Positions 8,870 to 16,387 of a stretch of 26,420 nucleotides of DNA are shown piece after piece. The stretch covers positions 1 through 26,420 of the forward strand of contig JBBCAW010000026.1 in assembly GCA_051382295.1 (NCBI GenBank). Direction: 5' to 3'. This stretch comes from Bdellovibrionota bacterium FG-1 (lineage in GTDB: Bacteria; Bdellovibrionota; UBA1018). Both the position numbers and the translations under genes were made by a program. Under the pieces are notes generated by a model. It saw only the letters and a program-made list of their open reading frames with translations. It searched no databases and was not told the DNA's origin. How positions within the stretch are numbered: the first letter of the stretch is position 1; each line of letters opens with the position of its first letter.

Positions 8870-10773
8870 TGGGCTTGTTGGATGCGGACGCGGAAGAACT
8901 CAAAAACAGCGCTAAGGCGATCTCCTCGTCGGGGACTGGTTCAGGCCGCAAGGTCAACCAATCGGGCTTAGGCGCGTTCAAGGGCCTTTCCAAATACTCC
9001 AATCTTACCGCAAAATACCGATCACCGCCCCCTTCTCCATCCGTGGAACAATCGCGTGGAACAACTCAAGCATCTGAGAAACCAGCTCAAGTGAGTGCAA
9101 ACTCAGTGCAAAGTGAGTGCGAAGTCAGTGCAGAGAAATCACCCTCCCCTTCGATTTTGGCTGTGTTTGCAAAACCAGAGAAGTCAGTGCAAAGTGAGTG
9201 CGAAGTCGGTGCAAACCCGGTGCAAAGTGAGTGCAAACCCGGTGCGAAGTCAGTGCAGATCTCTTTGGGCGAAACCACCCAAGTTATTGAAATAGAAAAT
9301 ATAAGTGAAAATCAAAGTCAGTGCGAAGTCGGTGCAATAAGGTTAACTTTGCCGCCTATTGTTGTACCCGTCGACAAGAGCGCGACGAGCCCGATCAAGT
9401 CAGTGCAGAGTGAGTGCGAAGTCGGTGCAGATCTATCGAACTCAGTGCAAACTCAGTGCGATGTAGGTGCAAAGTCAGTGCAACCCAGTATGCCTGCAGA
9501 ATCACCAGACGAGCCTTTATTACCTCAAGTGAAAAAAGAGGCCCCCCAAAGGTCACAAAATCAAGTCAGTGCAAAGTCAGTGCAAAGTCGGTTTGAACTC
9601 CGTGCCAACTCAGTGCAAAGTCCTGTTGAAGTCGGTGCACCTGAAATACTTATCCACAGCTTCACGCCGTCAAGTCCGGGCGAAGTCCGTTCCCAAGTCC
9701 GTGCACCAGTCGGTGCAAAGTTAGTGCGAAGTCCGTGCAAACTTGAACCTTTAGAAAGTATCACTGCACTCGCGGGAGCTCAGCGAATTGTCATTGAATT
9801 CCTATTTGACCGCTGCCTTTGGAACAACTCTTTAGTCACTCCCCCCATCACAAAACAACAGCTCATCGAAGGTACTCAACTCCTTGAAGACACGGCTCTT
9901 TCTGCTATTAAGCGCCTTCGCAAAAAAGCAATCATCGATCGCTATGCGTACAAGGACGGCCAAGCTGGTTGGACCCAGTATCAATTGGCTGACGATAGCT
10001 ACCGCGAATTGCTTCATCTTCATCAATACAGTGCAAAGTCGGTGCAAAGTCAGTCTAAAGTCAGTTCCAAAGTCGGTTCAGAAGTCAGTGCAACGCCCTC
10101 TAGTAGTAGTAGTTTTAATAAGAGTGTTTCAGAAAAACTACTCACTACTGAAAACCTCGATCCAAACATCATCGCTCTCACGCAACACGAGGGTTGGAGT
10201 CAAGTGGACTATTCACCCTTGCGAGCGAGCCCCATTCACTTTACGCGAGAGCATCTTGAACAGATCCGTAAAGAAGGCAAGCTCAGTCACCTCCAAGTTC
10301 AAGAATCAATCAATGCCTTTGCCTATGATATGGGCAATCAAGAATACTCTCGCACCAAGCGCAGCCCTCTTAATTTCTTTATGGCCATTGTCAAAGTGAA
10401 AGGGGAGGTCTATCAATCCGTTGTGCCGGGCTATCAACCCCCCGAGAATCTCGATCTACAAGATTACCTGACCGAGTTGGAAACCAAGAACCGCTCAAAA
10501 CAAGAACTTCTGAAAACGCTGTTTACGGCCAAATTTGAGGAATGGTTTGCCGCGCTGACCGGGGATCAAATTAATATTTATTGCGGTTGGTCACGAGATT
10601 TCGAACAACAAAAAGAACATATCAAAACGCTTTTCAAAAAATACCTTTGGCTCGAAGTCCGCTCCCATCCCCAGATTGACGCTAAAGCGCTTCATTTGCC
10701 CTCAGGTGCCGATTTATCACCGTCAACGCAGGCGTCTTCTGCCTCTTCTGCGGATGGCCTAGAGATCGAGTAG
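8869..10773 (+). CDS. Putative replication initiator / centromere-binding protein: low-complexity repeat-encoded N-half, central winged helix (about aa 295-382), helical C-terminal region
   Basis: TAATG coupling to parA; wHTH-like ITKQQLIEGTQLLEDTALSAIKRLRKKAIIDRYAYKDGQAGWTQYQL; intragenic 11-bp arrays and a DnaA box. The CDS is well supported; the function is inferred. Confidence 0.65.
   Translation: MGLLDADAEELKNSAKAISSSGTGSGRKVNQSGLGAFKGLSKYSNLTAKYRSPPPSPSVEQSRGTTQASEKPAQVSANSVQSECEVSAEKSPSPSILAVFAKPEKSVQSECEVGANPVQSECKPGAKSVQISLGETTQVIEIENISENQSQCEVGAIRLTLPPIVVPVDKSATSPIKSVQSECEVGADLSNSVQTQCDVGAKSVQPSMPAESPDEPLLPQVKKEAPQRSQNQVSAKSVQSRFELRANSVQSPVEVGAPEILIHSFTPSSPGEVRSQVRAPVGAKLVRSPCKLEPLESITALAGAQRIVIEFLFDRCLWNNSLVTPPITKQQLIEGTQLLEDTALSAIKRLRKKAIIDRYAYKDGQAGWTQYQLADDSYRELLHLHQYSAKSVQSQSKVSSKVGSEVSATPSSSSSFNKSVSEKLLTTENLDPNIIALTQHEGWSQVDYSPLRASPIHFTREHLEQIRKEGKLSHLQVQESINAFAYDMGNQEYSRTKRSPLNFFMAIVKVKGEVYQSVVPGYQPPENLDLQDYLTELETKNRSKQELLKTLFTAKFEEWFAALTGDQINIYCGWSRDFEQQKEHIKTLFKKYLWLEVRSHPQIDAKALHLPSGADLSPSTQASSASSADGLEIE
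9089..9739 (+). repeat. Six tandem arrays of an 11-bp direct repeat (consensus AAGTCRGTGCR), about 33 units
   Basis: Counted by eye: 9089-9132 (4), 9181-9257 (7), 9315-9336 (2), 9397-9482 (3+4), 9563-9639 (7), 9672-9739 (6, two 12-bp steps). Confidence 0.95.
9650..9658 (+). promoter_or_regulatory. DnaA box
   Basis: Exact TTATCCACA between repeat arrays 5 and 6. Confidence 0.7.
10025..10092 (+). repeat. Seventh array of the same 11/12-bp repeat (6 units), directly after the wHTH-coding segment
   Basis: AATACAGTGCA AAGTCGGTGCA AAGTCAGTCTA AAGTCAGTTCC(A) AAGTCGGTTCA(G) AAGTCAGTGCA, followed by AT-rich TAGTAGTAGTAGTTTTAATAAG. Confidence 0.9.
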
Positions 10774-11187
10774 AGAAAATTTTCGATGGCCACCGCGCGT
10801 TCGCCGGCAGGGAATATTCCCTGAATCTGCCTCACGTCGTACTTCGTTGATATCCATGCCTCTCATCTGGGCAAATTTGGCGATTGAAAGGTCGTAGATC
10901 TTGGTTTCTGCGCATTCTGAAACCATGAGGCGAGGGGAGGGGAGCTCTTCGCCCCGTTCTAATCGCGCCGCAGCGGCCGTGTGGGCTTTTAAGAGCGAAT
11001 CAAACACCTTGCGCCCGAGTTCCTGAAAGAAGAGGGGCCACTCCGCAAGGCTGGCGTGGTCGTCTGGATGCCGAACGGCTTGCATCGAAAGCTCCACAAA
11101 GCCTGGCGCGCTAAAATATACATGAGGCTTGTTGAGCTGTACGGATAATTCGATACGAGGGCTGTGCTTCCGTGAAAATTTACTCAT
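10759..11187 (-). CDS. Small regulator: HicB-like N-terminal region plus C-terminal BldC/Xis-like (HTH_17) winged helix
   Basis: C-terminal LSIAKFAQMRGMDINEVRREADSGNIPCRRTRGGHRKF parallels BldC (RTLGGHRRY); YFSAPGF and RLERGEELPSP resemble HicB. Converges on, and overlaps by 15 nt, the rep-like gene. Confidence 0.65.
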   Translation of the reverse strand: MSKFSRKHSPRIELSVQLNKPHVYFSAPGFVELSMQAVRHPDDHASLAEWPLFFQELGRKVFDSLLKAHTAAAARLERGEELPSPRLMVSECAETKIYDLSIAKFAQMRGMDINEVRREADSGNIPCRRTRGGHRKFSLLDL

Positions 11188-11193
11188 TGGCTA

Positions 11194-11229
11194 AAATCTA
11201 TCAAATCTAATAAATCTATCAAATCTAAT
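11194..11229 (-). promoter_or_regulatory. 4 x 9-bp direct repeat (2 x 18 bp) covering a putative leaderless promoter
   Basis: Plus strand AAATCTATC AAATCTAAT AAATCTATC AAATCTAAT. On the minus strand it reads TTGATA-16-TAGATT-7 nt-ATG(11187). Confidence 0.75.
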
Positions 11230-11537
11230 TTCAAGTGACCTAAGTAATGTAGTCTGGTATTGGCTTTTTTCGGAACCCTGTCGAGACTCAGGTTTTAAAA
11301 GGACGGGGAATTTGATTTTAAGCTAAGCAGAACTCACTCGAATAAAAAGTTTTGAGAATTTATCGAGAAGATCGCTGTCAAATTTTCCACGATCTTCGAC
11401 CATCACTTCAATCGCTTTTGCGGGCGAGAATCCTTGCTCTCGAAACGGACGTGGACTCAGGAGGGCCGAAAAACTATCAGCAAGAACAGATATTTTGACA
11501 GGCAGATTGGCCTGAAATACGCATCCGAGCGGGCGCT

Positions 11538-11566
11538 TTGCACTTTTTCTCGTAACGAGCTATCCT
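11538..11566 (+). promoter_or_regulatory. Putative sigma70 promoter (leaderless) for the 11574 gene
   Basis: TTGCAC-17-TATCCT, 7 nt before ATG 11574. Confidence 0.5.
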
Positions 11567-11573
11567 GGATAGG

Positions 11574-12311
11574 ATGGCGTTATCAAAAATTGGACAAATC
11601 CTAGCGGTCTTGCTGCTGGTAATCGTTGGGGGTTTGCCCACGGTCAACGCCACGGCCGACGATGTCTACACGTTTGTCGTAAAAAAGCAGGAAGAGAAGG
11701 CCAAGACGCGCTGGAGCATTCAGGAATGGCTCGATACCCGCGACCGGATGCGACTCATGGACCTCTGGCTTGCAATTCATTCACCGAGTCCTTATGAGTT
11801 TTTTTTCGGCGGCTCCTATTGCATTGGCAGTCTCACTGCCGGCTCCGGTTTTGGGGGGCTGAATTTCACTGCAGCGGGTTACGCCACTCTTTTTGGCCTC
11901 GAGGTTGAGCGCGAGAGCGGGCCCGACACTCGTTACGACGCGACTTTTCATTTTCGCTTCTTCGGTTATCATTACCAGGCCACTCATATGAGGATCGAAT
12001 TGGGTGTACGCACCGAGAACAATGGGGTTGGGGCATCCTTTCAAAATCCGCTGGCCGGAGTGGGGTTTGCGGTCTACTTGGCTAGGAAGTTTGGGATTGA
12101 TGGCCGCTGGCGACATGCCTTCAGTTCGACGCCCAATGCGACCGGACTGACTTTTGGTGGGGACCAATTTCGGGGCGGAGCCTTTCTGGATTTTAGCTTT
12201 GTTCGAATCTACGGTGATTATCTGTACGAGACGCTGAATTTCGAAGCGACCAACCTGGTGCCCAACGCCGTGCGATCAGGACCGGAGCTGGGTTTGAAGC
12301 TATTTTTCTAG
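11574..12311 (+). CDS. Secreted hypothetical protein, probable outer-membrane beta-barrel
   Basis: Signal peptide; alternating Gly/aromatic beta-strands; C-terminal ELGLKLFF resembles a beta-signal. Confidence 0.65.
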   Translation: MALSKIGQILAVLLLVIVGGLPTVNATADDVYTFVVKKQEEKAKTRWSIQEWLDTRDRMRLMDLWLAIHSPSPYEFFFGGSYCIGSLTAGSGFGGLNFTAAGYATLFGLEVERESGPDTRYDATFHFRFFGYHYQATHMRIELGVRTENNGVGASFQNPLAGVGFAVYLARKFGIDGRWRHAFSSTPNATGLTFGGDQFRGGAFLDFSFVRIYGDYLYETLNFEATNLVPNAVRSGPELGLKLFF

Positions 12312-13664
12312 CGCACAAAGGCGCTCCGCCGGGTAGGTGAGTTCCCAATTCGCAGGACGAATCGGGATTCGAATGACTCGAAAATCCTGGCATTCGCTTA
12401 ATTCCGGCTGGCATTTTTGCATCATCACGCCAAATTTTGGCTCGTGGTCCAATACCGAAAGCGCAAGACATTGTTTTGAATCGAGGGTTTTAATCCGGTG
12501 AATCGTATCCATCCAAACAGCGCCCTCACCATTGGGGGCCAAGGGAAAACGATCGAGTGCGAAACCCATATAAACCATGAGCAGTACCAACGCCCGCAGA
12601 CTGGAAAACTGCCCTCTCCACCAAGACACCCAGGTGAGTGCAAAGATCAGTGCGATGGGTCCAAAAACCATTCCGTAGCGAGCTAAACCGAGGAGAACAT
12701 CACGTTCGATGCCATAAAAATACCACAGAGCGCCGGGTCGCACCGCCACGACCAAAAGCCCGACAATCCCCGCAGAAAAGCTCACGAGGTAGGCGAGGCG
12801 TTGAGGAAGGCTGGGTCCCCGAATGATCCGGCGGAGGATCAGCAAAAAAATCGCGGTGCCGACTGTCCAAAAAATCACCCTTCCCTCGCTCCCTAAACGA
12901 TGAGTGAGATGATCACCGAGGAGCGGTTGAAAAACCAAGTTATTTAAAAGTGATGTATAAAACGTCGCAAACAGGACGCCTACCTTAGGAAAAACCGTGC
13001 GACCAGGAATTCGCACCGAGACATTCAAGAGGGCCCAAAAGAGTAGAATCACCACACAGATGAGATCTTGTTTTCGGGTTTCCTTGGACTCATAGGCACG
13101 CCAGGCATAAGCGGGGGCTGACAAGACTGCTTCGCCAGACACGGCTGCCAGTGTGAAAAAAAGCCAGTTGCTCTTCGATAAATGGGCGTCGGTATTTCGG
13201 CATGCATAAATGGCGATAAAAAAGCTCAAAAACCAGTGAATATTGCAGGCATTGCCCAATGTTTCGTAAAGTCCCGGGGCAAATGCGAGAGCGCAGCACG
13301 CGAGAACCCGAATGCGCCAATCCGGAAAGAGTGTCGAAAAGGAATTACTCGCCAGGCGAGAAAAAACGTAGGAGGTGATCGCCGTGCAGATCAGATAAAC
13401 CGCCAACGGCAAAATCTCAATAGGAAGCTGGGCGGCCAGGAATGCAATGCCCTGGGGGACGAGCTGAAAGTACCCCTCAAAACTCGCAAAGCACGCCTTG
13501 AAACCATATTCTAAGGCGCGAGGAATAAAGGCACTTCCATCTTCGGCCCAGAGGTAAGGGTTTTTGAGTCGACTCCAGGATCCAAAAAGCAGAACGAGAA
13601 AACAAAAAGCCCAAACGAGGTTAGGGGAGAAAGGTAAGGTTTTCGAGTCTTTGAAACTAGGCAT
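12300..13664 (-). CDS. Polytopic membrane protein, GT-C-like glycosyltransferase
   Basis: About 10 hydrophobic segments; LWAEDG after TM1 and GYFQLVPQ in the first loop, like GT-C/Gtr-type enzymes; late ARY motif. Start could be 13664 or 13685. Confidence 0.6.
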   Translation of the reverse strand: MPSFKDSKTLPFSPNLVWAFCFLVLLFGSWSRLKNPYLWAEDGSAFIPRALEYGFKACFASFEGYFQLVPQGIAFLAAQLPIEILPLAVYLICTAITSYVFSRLASNSFSTLFPDWRIRVLACCALAFAPGLYETLGNACNIHWFLSFFIAIYACRNTDAHLSKSNWLFFTLAAVSGEAVLSAPAYAWRAYESKETRKQDLICVVILLFWALLNVSVRIPGRTVFPKVGVLFATFYTSLLNNLVFQPLLGDHLTHRLGSEGRVIFWTVGTAIFLLILRRIIRGPSLPQRLAYLVSFSAGIVGLLVVAVRPGALWYFYGIERDVLLGLARYGMVFGPIALIFALTWVSWWRGQFSSLRALVLLMVYMGFALDRFPLAPNGEGAVWMDTIHRIKTLDSKQCLALSVLDHEPKFGVMMQKCQPELSECQDFRVIRIPIRPANWELTYPAERLCALEK

Positions 13665-13789
13665 ACGGGGATGACTATACCCCATCGACCCGCGTTACTG
13701 AAACAGATCCTCAACGCTGTCAATGGATTGGCTCGGGACAACATCTCCGATCGTGTTAGAATGGCTCGGGAAGGGTCTCACTATTGACT

Positions 13790-15094
13790 ATGATAAGGTT
13801 ATTGCTTCTGCCTTTGTTTTCGGTCTTTGCGGTTTCATTCGCGCATGCCGATATTCTTTTCATTGATATGAATGGCTCGGCCCGCGAAGTGAGTGCCGCC
13901 CGGGAGGCGGCAAGCGCCCGCCACGAGAAGCTCCTTGTCTTCCCTGACCTTCCTGATGAGGTTCGTCGCGAAATGGCCGTACTTCGCACGATGATCGCGA
14001 CGGCTAAGAAAGGGTCGACCGCAAGTATTTCTGCGCATGAACGCGTCCTTGCCCTTTCTCGGCAATATTCGCAGTCTATGCCGAACCTTGAAAAGGTATT
14101 GCAGGCGGCCGATTTGGCCCACCAGAAGATTGCATCGGTCGTCGTTTCGGGCCATCGTGCGAAAAATGGAACCTATTTCGGGACATTTATTATTCGACCG
14201 GACGAGGAGATTACGGACGACGTCCTGATGAACCTCTTCAAATCTCACCATTCAACTCAGGATTCCCTAACGGGCATTTTCCTCTGGTCCTGCTATGCGG
14301 GGAGTAAACCCAATATTGAGGAATGGAAAAAAAGCTGGCCGCAGCTACAAATTATTTTCGGGTTTCAGGAGCAGAGCCCGTTAGGGGACAGCGATCAAGC
14401 GCGGGATGTTTTAAGGGATGTGCTTACTAGGCAATCGGAGCTGGCCCTTCAAAATGACCTCGCCACTGCTTCAGCGGCGATCAGCCATGTTTCGTCGTCT
14501 TTGAGTACTTCCCTCTCAGGTGCTATCGGTCCGTGTTGGGTTGCGGCGGGAAGGCCAGAAATGAGCACTTTGCTTTATGCGCAATCGGGTTGCCCACCCT
14601 CTCTGTCCAAGGACCTACTTAGGCTCATTCAAACCTACTGGGATATTCGCAATGCCACGGGGTACGATGATGTTCCTCGCGACGAACCTAAAAACCCTTT
14701 GCGGCAGCTCAATAAATACCTTTACAACCACCCAGAATGCTTTCGAGACCTGGCACGGGTGCCATCCAAGTCGCAAGTGATCTCTCTCATCCACTTTCCC
14801 GAGGTGGCCAAGGCTTTTGGGCGCTTCCATGAAGACGCACTCCGGGAGGCGGAGAATGCGCTCAGAAATGCGGGAGCTCCCGCCGACGTGCAGATTCCGA
14901 GCTTGGATTCTGGAAAAGTCACTCGACACGAGTTTCTGGCCCAGTTGAGGCGACTTCAGGCATTTCTCGGGGGAATCCGCAGCGGAAACGCAGATTTGAG
15001 CCTTCCTGAGAATTTGAAACCGGCTGATCAGATCTGTCAGCGGATGGAGATGATGCTGCTCGACATGTCAGAGGTGCCGGTCGAGTGGCTTTGA
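13790..15094 (+). CDS. Secreted hypothetical protein with possible caspase/CHAT-like His-Cys dyad
   Basis: Signal peptide MIRLLLLPLFSVFAVSFAHA; VVVSGH and GIFLWSCY motifs. Confidence 0.6.
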   Translation: MIRLLLLPLFSVFAVSFAHADILFIDMNGSAREVSAAREAASARHEKLLVFPDLPDEVRREMAVLRTMIATAKKGSTASISAHERVLALSRQYSQSMPNLEKVLQAADLAHQKIASVVVSGHRAKNGTYFGTFIIRPDEEITDDVLMNLFKSHHSTQDSLTGIFLWSCYAGSKPNIEEWKKSWPQLQIIFGFQEQSPLGDSDQARDVLRDVLTRQSELALQNDLATASAAISHVSSSLSTSLSGAIGPCWVAAGRPEMSTLLYAQSGCPPSLSKDLLRLIQTYWDIRNATGYDDVPRDEPKNPLRQLNKYLYNHPECFRDLARVPSKSQVISLIHFPEVAKAFGRFHEDALREAENALRNAGAPADVQIPSLDSGKVTRHEFLAQLRRLQAFLGGIRSGNADLSLPENLKPADQICQRMEMMLLDMSEVPVEWL

Positions 15095-15168
15095 GCGATT
15101 AACGCAGCGCGGACTTGTGAGCTTCGTCATTGCGGCCATGTCCTGTGCGTGCGAAAATGTGAGGCACT

Positions 15169-16374
15169 ATGACAGAAGCCTATATTTTCGACGCAATCCG
15201 AACCCCTCGCGGGAGAGGAAAAAAAGATGGGTCTTTATACGAAGTCAAACCGATCAGCCTTCTGACGGGGCTGATGAAAGCGCTCGAGCAGCGCCTGAAG
15301 CTTGATACGTCACGCGTCGATGACGTGATTATCGGCTGCGTGACCCCGGTGGGCGATCAGGGCGCATGCATCGCCAAGACGGCGGCACTCGCGGCGGGCT
15401 GGAGCCAAGAAATGGCCGGTGTTCAAATTAATCGATTTTGCGCCTCAGGCCTGGACGCTGTGAATCTCGCCGCCCAGAAAGCCCGCGCGGGCTGGGACGA
15501 ACTCATCGTTGCAGGTGGTGTGGAGTCGATGTCGCGTGTGACGATGGGAAGTGACGGCGGCGCTTGGGCACTGGACCCTGAGACCAACCTCGGCACGGGC
15601 TTCGTTCCGCAAGGTATCGGTGCGGATCTGATCGCGACTCTCGAAGGCTTCACACGCGAGGACGTCGATCGTTTCGCGGTGGGTTCGCAGCAAAAGGCCG
15701 CGGCCGCACGCAAGAATGGTCATTTCGTGAAATCCATCATCCCCGTGCGAGATGCTAGCGGCCTCGTGATTCTTGAGCATGACGAACTGATTCGCGAGAA
15801 TACAACCGTCGAAGGTCTAGGCACCCTTAAGGCGGCGTTCGATAAGCTGGGCGGGATGGGTTTTGACTCGGTTGCGTTGCAGAGGTACCCGCATGTCGAG
15901 CGGATCAGGCACGTCCATCACGCTGGCAACTCGTCAGGAATGGTCGATGGCGCGGCACTCGTTTTGATCGGCACGGAAAAATGTGGAAAAGAGCTGGGAT
16001 TGAAGCCGCGCGGTCGCATCGTCTCGGTGGCCTTGGCCGGAACCGATCCTACGATCATGCTGTTGGGGCCCGGGCCCGCCACGCGTAAAGCGCTCACGCG
16101 AGCCGGTTTGAAAGTTGCCGATATTGACCTTTTCGAGGTCAACGAGGCCTTTGCCTCGGTCGTCATGCGCTTTATCCGTGAGATGGACATTCCGGCGGAA
16201 AAAGTCAACGTGAACGGGGGCGCGATCGCCATGGGGCACCCATTGGGCGCGACGGGGGCGATGCTGGTAAGCACCGCGCTTGACGAACTCGAGCGGCGGA
16301 ACAAACGTTACGGATTGATCACGTTGTGTGTGGGCGGCGGTATGGGAATCGCCACGATCATCGAAAGATTATAA
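15169..16374 (+). CDS. fadA: Acetyl-CoA C-acyltransferase (3-ketoacyl-CoA thiolase)
   Basis: NRFCASG (nucleophile Cys), [29 protein letters not shown]. Confidence 0.95.
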   Translation: MTEAYIFDAIRTPRGRGKKDGSLYEVKPISLLTGLMKALEQRLKLDTSRVDDVIIGCVTPVGDQGACIAKTAALAAGWSQEMAGVQINRFCASGLDAVNLAAQKARAGWDELIVAGGVESMSRVTMGSDGGAWALDPETNLGTGFVPQGIGADLIATLEGFTREDVDRFAVGSQQKAAAARKNGHFVKSIIPVRDASGLVILEHDELIRENTTVEGLGTLKAAFDKLGGMGFDSVALQRYPHVERIRHVHHAGNSSGMVDGAALVLIGTEKCGKELGLKPRGRIVSVALAGTDPTIMLLGPGPATRKALTRAGLKVADIDLFEVNEAFASVVMRFIREMDIPAEKVNVNGGAIAMGHPLGATGAMLVSTALDELERRNKRYGLITLCVGGGMGIATIIERL

Positions 16375-16387
16375 GGGGATTCTCCAA

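Noticed and set aside
9089..10092. Repeat arrays as a CRISPR array or a protein tandem-repeat domain
   Set aside because: Units are 11 bp and abut without unique spacers, no cas genes are present, and the non-triplet period rules out a peptide-level repeat.
11383..11391. TTTTCCACG as a second DnaA box in the 11230-11573 intergenic region
   Set aside because: One mismatch, isolated, with no 11-mers nearby; not distinguishable from chance.
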